Source: a virus. Taken from it: DNA of 64,000 bases. Positions 30,144-39,611 of this stretch are shown one piece after another; the first letter of the stretch is position 1; every line of letters starts with the position of its first letter. Below the pieces are notes generated by a model. The model was not told the origin of the DNA, did no database searches, and saw only the letters and a list, made by a program, of their open reading frames with translations. Made by a program: the position numbers and the translations under genes. The stretch is taken from IMG/VR virus record IMGVR_UViG_3300046167_000876; one strand, given 5' to 3'.

Positions 30144-30395
30144 ATGAGTACAACAAAGTTATTAAAAGAAGAGTTGCAGCAATTAAAAGATTTTCAATTA
30201 AAGGATAATGAAATTACTTTTGCTTTAGGACAATTAGAAATAAGAAAAATATTTATTGAAAAAGAAAAGCAAAAACTTCAAATTCAATATCAAAACCAAC
30301 TCCAGAAACAAGAGAAATTAGGAATGGAACTACAGGAAAAATATGGAGAAGGTAATATTGATTTAGAAAAAGGAGAATTTATTAAGTTAAAATAG
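30144..30395 (+). CDS. Small coiled-coil protein
   Basis: KYGEGNIDLEKGEF C-terminus; late promoter at 30123. Confidence 0.65.
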   Translation: MSTTKLLKEELQQLKDFQLKDNEITFALGQLEIRKIFIEKEKQKLQIQYQNQLQKQEKLGMELQEKYGEGNIDLEKGEFIKLK

Positions 30396-30453
30396 TTCTT
30401 TGAGAAAGTCTTTAATATGTATAATAAAACAATATTAAAAATAACATATAAAG

Positions 30454-32814
30454 ATGGCAGAAACATTATTATCTCCAGGTGTATTAGCTAGAGAAAACGA
30501 CCAATCATTTATTACTCAACAACCAGCTGAAATTGGTGCCGCTATTATAGGACCAACAGCATTAGGTCCAGTTGAAGTTCCTACTTTGGTTACTTCATTT
30601 AGTGAATATTCAGCAATTTTTGGTACCACAGTAGAAAGTGCTTCAATAGCATACTCATACTTAACCTCATTAGCAGCAAATAATTATTTCCAAAGTGGTG
30701 GATCTAGTTTATTAGTTACTAGAGTAACTCCAGAAGATTTTACTTCTGCGACAAGCTCATTTATTAGTACAGTAGATGGATCTGGTTTATTAACAGGAGA
30801 TGATAATGCAGCAGCTTTATTTAGTTCTGTAACATCTGTTGGTACAGCATTTACAGGTTCTGGGGTAGTGGTTTACGCAGCACCACAAACTTTTATTGCT
30901 AGTGGTGGTGGAACAGGAGCAACATTTGCTCTTCAAACTAATAATGGAATAGTAACAGGAGTAACTGCTTCTTCCGCAGGAAATGGATATGAAGTAGGAG
31001 ATACAATTACATTTTCAACTAATGATGTAGGTGGTTCTCCATTAGTAGCAACTGAATTAACAGGTTCAGCTACTTTAGGATTTGCAAATGGTAATGATGG
31101 TACTTTTACAGTTACCCAAGGAAACACTTCAACCGCAAACGCAATAGTAAGTGGTGTAAATTCAACAGGAGTAACTGGAGTAACTTTTACAATAACTACA
31201 GCAGGTGGAGATGGAGCCGCTAATATTAGAACTATAACAGCAACAGGGTTAGGAGAAGGAGTTAAAGTAGGAACAATTTTTACAATATCTGCAGCTGCTG
31301 TTAATAATGCAATAGGTGCAGGTTCAGGTACTGGAGATACAGTTATTACAATTCAAGAAGCAGATTTAACTGCTGATACCGCTGTTGTAACATTAGAAGC
31401 AGATAATTTAGCAGATGTAAATCAACCTTTTGAACTAGAAACAATTTCTGAAGGTGCTATAATGAATACAGGAACACAAGAATTAAGTGAAGGAGCATTA
31501 GCAACAGGATCTCGTGAAAATGTACGCTGGTCAGTAGCAAGTGTAAATACTGGTTCAGGAACATTTAGTTTACTTATTCGTAGAGGTGATGATAATGCAA
31601 ATCAACAAGTAGTATTAGAACAATATACTAATGTGTCATTAGACCCATACCAACCAAATTATATCGCAGCTCAAATTGGTGATATTAGTAAACGTTTAGT
31701 AAATGAAGGTGCAGATTACTTTATACAAGAATCAGGATCATATGCTAATTTATCAAGATATGTAAGAGTTAAATCTGTAAATATGAAAACCCCTAATTAT
31801 TTTGATAATAATGGGCAAGCAAAATCTGAATTTACAGGTTCTTTACCAGCTGTTCAATCTGGTTCATTTAATGGAGCAGTAGGAAATAATATTGTATCTG
31901 GTAGAGTTGCTAATTTCTATGATAAAATTGGAGATGGTGTAGCTTTTGATACACAAGGTTTAACAGGTAGTGATTATAATAACGCAATTGCTTTATTAGG
32001 AAATGTAGATGAGTATAGATATAATGTAATAAGTGCTCCTGGGTTAATTAACGCAGTTCACGCAACTCAAACTACGGCTTTAATTAATAACTCGATAAAC
32101 AGAGGTGATAATATTGCTGTATTAGATTTAGTACAATATGGTAGCTCAATAGCTTCAGTATCACAAGCAGCTTCTGCTTTTGATAATAGTTATGCAGCAA
32201 CATATTGGCCATGGGTTCAAATGATTGATCCTCAAACTGGAGAATTAGTATATTCACCAGCATCAACAGTAATTCCAGGAGTTTATGTATTTACAGATGC
32301 TTCAAGTGAACCATGGTTTGCACCAGCTGGATTAACTAGAGGAGCTTTAGGACAAGTAGTTAGAGCTGAAAGAAAATTAACAGCAACTAATAGAGATACT
32401 TTGTATGAAGCAAATGTTAATCCATTAGCAACATTCCCACAAAGTGGAGTAGTAGTATTTGGTCAGAAAACTTTACAGAAAAGAGCTAGTGCTCTAGATA
32501 GAGTAAATGTACGTAGATTGTTAATTGCTCTTAAAGGATTTATTTCTGGAGTAGCTGATAATTTAGTATTTGAACAAAATACAATTGCTACAAGAAATAA
32601 TTTCTTAAGTGTAGTAAACCCATATTTAGAAGGAGTACAACAAAGACAAGGATTGTATGCATTTAAAGTAGTAATGGATGATACTAATAATAATCCAACT
32701 GTAATAGATAGAAATGAGTTAGTAGGACAAATATTCTTACAACCAACTAAAACAGCTGAATTTGTAATATTAGATTTCAATGTATTACCAACTGGAGCAA
32801 CATTCCCAGCATAA
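30454..32814 (+). CDS. Tail sheath protein (gp18-like) with S/T/G-rich insertion
   Basis: LSPGVLAREND, PWFAPAGLTRG, RVNVRRLL, VFEQN, PTKTAEF. Confidence 0.95.
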   Translation: MAETLLSPGVLARENDQSFITQQPAEIGAAIIGPTALGPVEVPTLVTSFSEYSAIFGTTVESASIAYSYLTSLAANNYFQSGGSSLLVTRVTPEDFTSATSSFISTVDGSGLLTGDDNAAALFSSVTSVGTAFTGSGVVVYAAPQTFIASGGGTGATFALQTNNGIVTGVTASSAGNGYEVGDTITFSTNDVGGSPLVATELTGSATLGFANGNDGTFTVTQGNTSTANAIVSGVNSTGVTGVTFTITTAGGDGAANIRTITATGLGEGVKVGTIFTISAAAVNNAIGAGSGTGDTVITIQEADLTADTAVVTLEADNLADVNQPFELETISEGAIMNTGTQELSEGALATGSRENVRWSVASVNTGSGTFSLLIRRGDDNANQQVVLEQYTNVSLDPYQPNYIAAQIGDISKRLVNEGADYFIQESGSYANLSRYVRVKSVNMKTPNYFDNNGQAKSEFTGSLPAVQSGSFNGAVGNNIVSGRVANFYDKIGDGVAFDTQGLTGSDYNNAIALLGNVDEYRYNVISAPGLINAVHATQTTALINNSINRGDNIAVLDLVQYGSSIASVSQAASAFDNSYAATYWPWVQMIDPQTGELVYSPASTVIPGVYVFTDASSEPWFAPAGLTRGALGQVVRAERKLTATNRDTLYEANVNPLATFPQSGVVVFGQKTLQKRASALDRVNVRRLLIALKGFISGVADNLVFEQNTIATRNNFLSVVNPYLEGVQQRQGLYAFKVVMDDTNNNPTVIDRNELVGQIFLQPTKTAEFVILDFNVLPTGATFPA

Positions 32815-32856
32815 AAATTAAAAAGATAAATATTTATAATAAAATAAAATAATAAA

Positions 32857-33345
32857 ATGGCAGTATTAGATCCAAACGAAATATTTTTTACAGCTTTTGA
32901 GCCAAAACAAGCAAATAGATTTGTCATGTATATTGACGGTATTCCAGCTTATTTGGTAAAAGAAGTAGGGGCTGTATCTTTAACACAGGGAACAGTTGAA
33001 TTAAATCATATTAATGTATCAAGATATGTAAAAGGTAAATCCACTTGGGATCCAATCTCTTTAACATTATTTGACCCAATTACCCCTTCAGGTGCACAAG
33101 CAACTATGGAATGGGTACGTTTGCATCATGAATCAGTTACTGGTCGTGATGGGTATAGTGACTTCTATAAGAAAGATCTTACTTTCAATGTACTTGGCCC
33201 TGTAGGAGATATTGTATCCGAATGGATTATTAAAGGTGCTTTTATAACTCAAGCTTCATTTGGAGATTACAATTGGGATACAGTTGATACAGCACAAAAT
33301 ATTTCACTTACAGTACAACCTGATTATTGTATTTTAAATTTCTAA
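32857..33345 (+). CDS. Tail tube protein (gp19-like)
   Basis: EPKQANRF, WDPISLTLFDP, EWIIKGAF; follows the sheath gene. Confidence 0.9.
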   Translation: MAVLDPNEIFFTAFEPKQANRFVMYIDGIPAYLVKEVGAVSLTQGTVELNHINVSRYVKGKSTWDPISLTLFDPITPSGAQATMEWVRLHHESVTGRDGYSDFYKKDLTFNVLGPVGDIVSEWIIKGAFITQASFGDYNWDTVDTAQNISLTVQPDYCILNF

Positions 33346-33372
33346 AATTTTACCCACCCCTGATTAGAAAAT

Positions 33373-33396
33373 AGCTTGGCTTTTGCCAGGCTTTTT
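33373..33396 (+). terminator. Intrinsic terminator after tail tube, overlapping a class E-like promoter
   Basis: AGCTTGGC-TTTT-GCCAGGCT plus T run; CTTG-N20-TATTTT overlaps it. Confidence 0.7.
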
Positions 33397-33410
33397 CTTA
33401 TTTTACCTAT

Positions 33411-34079
33411 ATGGTTCAAAACTATTCAGATTTTTTATCTTCTACTGAAATTAATTTAATAAAAGAAGAAGTATATAATTTAAAACAATATTGGAAACAT
33501 TCTTCTCAATATCGAAATTCACATTTATTACCCTACAAAGATACTCCCCTTATAGAAGTTTTAAAAGACCAATATAAAGCAGAATATCTTCTAGGGGATG
33601 CTTTATATAGATTAGAGGGACATAAAGAAGATATAACGTTAGAAACCCAATTTGTGTTGTTAGAAACATTTCATTGGTTATATACAAAAATTACAAATAA
33701 AATTACAGAAATTACTTCAATAACATCTGAATTAGAACCTGATCTTACTATTCCTGGATTTCATGTATATGCTAATAATATTCAACCTTTTAATGAATTT
33801 AATTATCATGTAGATACTAGTATTTTAGATTATTATCCTACTATTGATACTAATAAAATATATTCTTTTGTATCTCTTATAGAATGTAATGGAATTACTC
33901 CTTATTTAGATTATAAAACAGGAACTAAAGAATATAAATTAGGAAGTTTGCATATATGGAATGGAAATATAAATCATAGGATAGGTGGATTTGAATTAAA
34001 AAAAGGAGATTCAAGAATAACTTTTCAAGGTCATTATTATTATGATCTAAATACAAAAACAAATAAATTATTTTTTTAA
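33411..34079 (+). CDS. 2OG-Fe(II) oxygenase-like protein
   Basis: HVD...H(RIG)...RITFQGH pattern. Confidence 0.65.
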   Translation: MVQNYSDFLSSTEINLIKEEVYNLKQYWKHSSQYRNSHLLPYKDTPLIEVLKDQYKAEYLLGDALYRLEGHKEDITLETQFVLLETFHWLYTKITNKITEITSITSELEPDLTIPGFHVYANNIQPFNEFNYHVDTSILDYYPTIDTNKIYSFVSLIECNGITPYLDYKTGTKEYKLGSLHIWNGNINHRIGGFELKKGDSRITFQGHYYYDLNTKTNKLFF

Positions 34080-34158
34080 AAATTATGTGGAAATGTAATA
34101 AAAGTTTATTACATTAATATTTATAAACGCACAAAAACGTTATTAACAAATAAAGATT

Positions 34159-34893
34159 ATGGCCGAATTTAAATTAGCTACTGAAATTGTAGATTTACCC
34201 TCAAAAGGATACTTATATTCTAAAGATTCTCCTTTAGCAGAAGGAAAAATTGAAATTAAATATATGACTGCTAAAGAAGAAGATATTCTTACTAATGCTT
34301 CTTATATCCAAAAAGGAACAGTATTAGATAAACTATTTCAATCATTAATTGTTTCTAAAATAAATTATAATGATTTATTAATAGGAGATAAAAATGCAAT
34401 TATGATCGCAGCTCGTATTTTAGGGTATGGTAAGGATTATAATTTTACATATGAAGGAGTAGAAGAAACAGTTGATCTAACTGATGTAAATAACATTGAA
34501 ATAGACGAAGAATTATTTAAATCAGGTAAAAATGAATTTAATTATACATTCCCTCATTCGGGTAATGAAATTACATTTAAATTATTAAATCATGGAGATG
34601 AAGTAAAAATCCAACGTGAATTAGATGGTTTAAAGAAAATAAATAAAAATGAAGATCCTACTCTTACTACAAGATTAAAACATATGATTTTATCAGTAGA
34701 AGGAAAAACAGATAAAAAAGATATTCGAGAATTTGTAGATAAATATCTACTGGCACGAGATGCTCGTGCCTTAAGAGAATATATTAAGTCAATATCTCCT
34801 GATGTAGATTTAACTTTTTTTCCCTCTGGTAGCGAAACAACAAAAACAATTCCAATTGGGGTTGGATTTTTTTGGCCTGACTTTGGAAAATAG
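34159..34893 (+). CDS. Baseplate hub assembly / tail assembly chaperone (gp26-like)
   Basis: LPSKG, MTAKEEDIL, ARILGYG; located between the tube and tape measure genes. Confidence 0.75.
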   Translation: MAEFKLATEIVDLPSKGYLYSKDSPLAEGKIEIKYMTAKEEDILTNASYIQKGTVLDKLFQSLIVSKINYNDLLIGDKNAIMIAARILGYGKDYNFTYEGVEETVDLTDVNNIEIDEELFKSGKNEFNYTFPHSGNEITFKLLNHGDEVKIQRELDGLKKINKNEDPTLTTRLKHMILSVEGKTDKKDIREFVDKYLLARDARALREYIKSISPDVDLTFFPSGSETTKTIPIGVGFFWPDFGK

Positions 34894-35140
34894 TCAAACT
34901 TACAGAAAAAATTTATTTACTCAAATACACAACATAGTCTTCCATGGAAATGGAGGCTATGATTGGTTTACAATATATAATATGCCTATTTGGCTTCGTA
35001 AATTTACATTCCATGAGATAAATGAATATAATAAAGCTCAAAATGAAAGAGCAAATAAGTCAAAAAATAAAGATTCTTTAGTTAATTCCAAAGGTCAAGT
35101 AAAAAGACCTCAATTTAAAAACAAGTCTAGTTATAAGTAA
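34856..35140 (+). CDS. Overlapping +1-frame ORF, probable frameshift extension of the chaperone
   Basis: No good ATG start; overlaps at the GGA TTT TTT T run; YNMPIWLRKF motif. Confidence 0.55.
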   Translation: MGLDFFGLTLENSQTYRKNLFTQIHNIVFHGNGGYDWFTIYNMPIWLRKFTFHEINEYNKAQNERANKSKNKDSLVNSKGQVKRPQFKNKSSYK

Positions 35141-35176
35141 AATTATTCTTTTTAATATTTATAACAAAATACTCAT

Positions 35177-37177
35177 ATGGCATTAGGAGACGATGTAAAA
35201 AAAGCTAAACAAGAGGCACAGGAATTTAAAGAAATAATGTTGCAATTAGACTCAACATTAGCATCTTTGGCGGCTACATTTGCAAATGGGTTTGGTAAAG
35301 GAGTGGATGATGCTGTAAAAAAAGCAGAAAAACTTACTCAAGTTTACGAAAAAGATCTTTCAAAAGCAGTAGCTCAATCTAGAAAAGATCAAGAAGCCAT
35401 AAATAAACTTCAAGATCAAGCTAATAAAGGTAAAGCTAGTGAAGCTAAAGTAGCATCAAAACTTGCTGATATAGAATCAAAAAGACAATCAGTTCTTGAT
35501 AAAATTGAAAATGCTAAAAGAGAAGGATTAAAAATTAACTATGAAGAAGCAAATGCTTTAGTAGGAGTTTACAACCAACAAGAAAAAATTACTAAAGAAA
35601 TTGAAGAAAGAGTTAAAGCTCAAGATGATTCTTTAGGTGCTATAGGAAAAATTACAGGGGCATTTACTGGTTTATTAAGTAAGCTAGGAATGGGTGATCT
35701 TAATAAGTTTTTTAACTTAGATAAGGCAAATGAAGCATCTAAAGTACAATTAGAAAACCTAGGTAAAAGTGCAACCGCAGGCCAAAAAATAGGTACTGTT
35801 ACTAAGAACATAGTTAAAAATTTAGATCTCGCAGGGTTAGGAGCAGGTGCTTTATTTGGTTTAGCTAGTAAACTATTTGACCAATTTAAAAAGGCAGATC
35901 AATCTACAACTGAAATTGCTCGTGGTCTTAGTATGTCCAAAGCTGAAGCTAAGGAATTTAAAAAAGAAATGAAAGAAACTAGTGGATCATTTCTATCCAC
36001 TGCTGTATCTATAAAAGAACAGAAAAAAACTGTAATGGCTCTAAATAAAGAGCTAGGTGGTACTGCAATTGCATTTAAAAAAGATATTTTAGCTGGTGCA
36101 GCAGATACATTAAACAGACTTCATCTATCAGAAGAAGCAGTAGGTAACATGGCTAAATTAGCTATGGTTACTGGTAAAAATTTTAAAGCATTAGAAAAAG
36201 AACAAGCTAAAGGAGTTTTAGATGCTGAAAGAGAATTTGGGATTAGATTAAAATTATCAGATGTCTTAGATGAAGCTAATAAAATAACAGGTTTAACCCG
36301 AGTTAATGCTATGGGTATTGAAGGTGGTTTAACAAAAGCAGTTGCTACAGCTAAATCTTTAGGTATTGAAATGAGTGCAGTTGCAGGGTCTGCGGAGTCA
36401 TTATTAGATTTTGAATCTTCTATTCAAAAAGAATTAGAGGCAGAATTATTAATTGGTAGAGATTTAAATTTAGAAAAAGCTAGGGCAGCAGCTTTAGCAG
36501 GAGATCAAGAAGCATTAGCTAGAGCATTAGTTGAAGAAGCAGGTAGTTTAGAAGAACTACAAGGTATGAATGTTGTTCAACAAAAAGCATTAGCAGCATC
36601 ACTAGGAATGAGTGCCGATCAATTAGCAGATAGTTTAATGACTCAAGAAGCATTATCTACACAAGCACAGGAAGATTTAGATAGAGATGCTCAAGCAGCT
36701 TTAAATAATGAAAAAATGCTTTCTTTACAAGAAAAACAAACACTAGCAATGGAAAAATTTTCTGAAACAGTTCAAATGTTAGGTCCATTATTATTAGTAG
36801 CAGCAGCAGCTGCAGCTGCAATTGCTATTGCTATGTCATTTGGTACTGCAACTCCTTTAGTTGTTGGGGGTATATTAGCAACAGCAGCAGCAGTTGGTGG
36901 TATAATGTCTCTTAGTAACGTAGAAGATGGTGTAGCACCACCAGGATCAGGACCTTTTACTATTACAGATAAATTTGGTGCTACTACAGTAACAGCAGCG
37001 GGTGATGGTTTAGCAGTTTCTCCTAATATAAATACACAAGGCGGAGCAGGGGGTAATGCCAATATGGGTGAAACAAATATGTTATTAAAACAAATTTTAA
37101 ACAAAGAAGGAACAGTAAAAATGGATAGTACTGAAGTAGGTACAGCTTTTTCTGTAGGTTCTAGACAAATACAATAA
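35177..37177 (+). CDS. Tape measure protein
   Basis: Ala-rich helical protein with hydrophobic segments; genomic position. Confidence 0.75.
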   Translation: MALGDDVKKAKQEAQEFKEIMLQLDSTLASLAATFANGFGKGVDDAVKKAEKLTQVYEKDLSKAVAQSRKDQEAINKLQDQANKGKASEAKVASKLADIESKRQSVLDKIENAKREGLKINYEEANALVGVYNQQEKITKEIEERVKAQDDSLGAIGKITGAFTGLLSKLGMGDLNKFFNLDKANEASKVQLENLGKSATAGQKIGTVTKNIVKNLDLAGLGAGALFGLASKLFDQFKKADQSTTEIARGLSMSKAEAKEFKKEMKETSGSFLSTAVSIKEQKKTVMALNKELGGTAIAFKKDILAGAADTLNRLHLSEEAVGNMAKLAMVTGKNFKALEKEQAKGVLDAEREFGIRLKLSDVLDEANKITGLTRVNAMGIEGGLTKAVATAKSLGIEMSAVAGSAESLLDFESSIQKELEAELLIGRDLNLEKARAAALAGDQEALARALVEEAGSLEELQGMNVVQQKALAASLGMSADQLADSLMTQEALSTQAQEDLDRDAQAALNNEKMLSLQEKQTLAMEKFSETVQMLGPLLLVAAAAAAAIAIAMSFGTATPLVVGGILATAAAVGGIMSLSNVEDGVAPPGSGPFTITDKFGATTVTAAGDGLAVSPNINTQGGAGGNANMGETNMLLKQILNKEGTVKMDSTEVGTAFSVGSRQIQ

Positions 37178-37205
37178 CTTAATATTTATAATAAAAACAA
37201 TAATT

Positions 37206-37409
37206 ATGGGACTTTTAGACAAATTAACACAAGGTAACTCTAATTTAACAGGGTTAAATGGTGGTACACCATCTACACCTGATTTTGCATTATCAAAATT
37301 ACATGATACTTACTCAGCAGATGGTATTCCTAAAGTAAATGGTAAACCAGCACCTTCAAATTTAACATCAGGTGATCCAGTAAAGTATTTAGATAATTTA
37401 CCAAGATAA
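37206..37409 (+). CDS. Small virion protein
   Basis: Late promoter at 37182; ends KYLDNLP. Confidence 0.6.
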   Translation: MGLLDKLTQGNSNLTGLNGGTPSTPDFALSKLHDTYSADGIPKVNGKPAPSNLTSGDPVKYLDNLPR

Positions 37410-37415
37410 TATAAC

Positions 37416-39299
37416 ATGGGACTCTTAGATTTAACAACAGACCTTAAATCTTTAAGGTATGGTAAAGACCGTATAGGTGGAGGGAGTAGTAAAGAACCCT
37501 TTATTACTACATCTATAGACAGTACTCCTGGAGATACTGGTGGTCCTGATTTCCTTCTAAGAGCAAATGCTTTACAACATACTGCTGATGATACTTCAAG
37601 AATATTTCAATATTTAAAAAGCCCAAAAGGAATACAATTTGCATTAAAACAAAATTTACTATCTAGAACAGCAGTTAGAGCTCAAGCAAGTAATGGTCCT
37701 ATAAATGATGGAATTTATTTACCAACTTCAACTTTAGCTCAAGTAGGACTTAGTGGTGCTGGGAGTCATTTATTAAAACAAGGTATAAATCCTTTTGCAA
37801 ATACAACAGCTAATGCTGCTAATACAGGTATAGGAATTATTGATAACATAGCTAATTTCTTATCTGATAGTTTACCTTTATCAGCACCCTTTTATGTTAA
37901 AAAAGTTACTAAATCTCAACCTATTTCTGAAAATAGATTAACTAATTTAGTTGATTATAAAATGGGAGTAGCAGCTCAAACCACTAATCCTTTTAGTTCT
38001 TTTTTAGATAACATTACAAGTGGTCAAGGTGTTGGGGGTTTTTTAGGTGGATTTGGAGGAGGATTATTAAATAATATTTTAGCTACATCTGCAACTGCAG
38101 GTCAAAAATTCAATAGTATTTCTTTAAATAAGGATGAAATATTAAGATATGATGGAGGTCCTGGATCAGCATTAGGTCTTGGTCAAACATCTTTAAAAAG
38201 GGTAACAGTAACTAATAATGAAGAACCTTATCTTCTTAACTATAGTGAATTAGTAGCAGTAGGAGATTCAAAAACTTCAAAAGCCCAAACTTTACTTGAT
38301 TTTAGATCCCTAAAAAACCCAGAATCAAACCAATCTGTAATATCTACAACTTTAGATTATACTAGAGATAATATAGAAAATAGAGTACATTTAGGTAATC
38401 CTGGAAGAAGAAATAAAAATTTATCTAATTATAATATTGGAACTGGAGATGGTCCCTTAGATAAAATAAATGCCTTACCCTTATATCTTTCTTCAAATGT
38501 AGTAGGTTCTTATAAAGGAGATAATATTAAAAATGATTTAATAAAATTTAGAATAGGTATATTAAGTAATGAATATGATGATTTAAAAACATACATTCAT
38601 TTTAGAGCATATATAGATAGTTTTTCAGATAATTACTCAGCAGGTTGGTCTGAAGAAAAATTTATGGGTAGAGCTGAAAGTTTTTATAGGTATAATTCTT
38701 TTAATAGATCAATATCTATGGGGTGGACTTTAGCTGCTCAATCTGTAGATGAATTAATTCCTATGTATCAAAAATTAAACTTTTTAGCTTCTAGTTTAGC
38801 ACCTGATTATAGTCAACAAGGATATATGCAAGGAAATTTAGCATATTTAACTATGGGTGGATATTGTTATGAACAACCTGGTATAATTACAAGTTTAAAT
38901 TTATCGTATCCAAAAGAATCACCCTTTGAAATTGATACTAATAGTAAATCTGGAAGAAATGATGGAGGGAAAAAAACTAAAGAACTACCCCATATTATGA
39001 CTGTTACTGGATTTGAATTTAAACCTATCCATAATTTTGTACCTCAAATTCAACAAAATAATTATGATGGTCTTGTAGAAGGAGGTGCATCATTTATATC
39101 TAAATTTGGTGATGAAAGATATATTGCTTTAAGAAATCAAAACGGAAATAATTATGATGGTACTGATGGTACAGAAAATTTTACAGTCCCTTCTTCTAAA
39201 ACCGAACAAGAACAAGCTTCAGTTGATATTAATAATACTGAAGAGGCTATAGGTTCAAATACTGATAATTTTATAAATAATATGATAGAACCAACATAA
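37416..39299 (+). CDS. Baseplate / tail-tube initiator-like protein
   Basis: C-terminal FRAYIDSFSD..MGRAE..Y..FNRSI tube-like domain. Confidence 0.6.
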   Translation: MGLLDLTTDLKSLRYGKDRIGGGSSKEPFITTSIDSTPGDTGGPDFLLRANALQHTADDTSRIFQYLKSPKGIQFALKQNLLSRTAVRAQASNGPINDGIYLPTSTLAQVGLSGAGSHLLKQGINPFANTTANAANTGIGIIDNIANFLSDSLPLSAPFYVKKVTKSQPISENRLTNLVDYKMGVAAQTTNPFSSFLDNITSGQGVGGFLGGFGGGLLNNILATSATAGQKFNSISLNKDEILRYDGGPGSALGLGQTSLKRVTVTNNEEPYLLNYSELVAVGDSKTSKAQTLLDFRSLKNPESNQSVISTTLDYTRDNIENRVHLGNPGRRNKNLSNYNIGTGDGPLDKINALPLYLSSNVVGSYKGDNIKNDLIKFRIGILSNEYDDLKTYIHFRAYIDSFSDNYSAGWSEEKFMGRAESFYRYNSFNRSISMGWTLAAQSVDELIPMYQKLNFLASSLAPDYSQQGYMQGNLAYLTMGGYCYEQPGIITSLNLSYPKESPFEIDTNSKSGRNDGGKKTKELPHIMTVTGFEFKPIHNFVPQIQQNNYDGLVEGGASFISKFGDERYIALRNQNGNNYDGTDGTENFTVPSSKTEQEQASVDINNTEEAIGSNTDNFINNMIEPT

Positions 39300-39312
39300 A
39301 AACCAAAAAGAT

Positions 39313-39609
39313 ATGAATAGATACAATTATACAAATTTATTTGGAAGAGATTTTTTATATTTTGGAACTACAAAGTATCCATCCCCTCCCTTAAGTTCCT
39401 CAGATATATATGTTATTACTCAAGAAAATGACAGATATGATCAATTAGCCCAAAAACATTATGGTGATTCTAGTTTATGGTGGGTTATTTCTACTGCAAA
39501 TCCTAATTTAAAACAAAATTCATATTTTCCACCTGTAGGTATACAAATTAGAATACCACAAAATATAGCAGCTATATTAAATAGTTTTAAACAATTAAAT
39601 GAAAGATAG
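39313..39609 (+). CDS. LysM-like baseplate protein (gp53 / tail X-like)
   Basis: DRYDQLAQKHYGDSSLWWVISTAN..G.QIRIP. Confidence 0.75.
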   Translation: MNRYNYTNLFGRDFLYFGTTKYPSPPLSSSDIYVITQENDRYDQLAQKHYGDSSLWWVISTANPNLKQNSYFPPVGIQIRIPQNIAAILNSFKQLNER

Positions 39610-39611
39610 TT

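Noticed and set aside
32463-32927. 154-aa minus-strand ORF and other short antisense ORFs across the window
   Set aside because: They lie opposite well-supported + strand genes and show no motifs or promoters.
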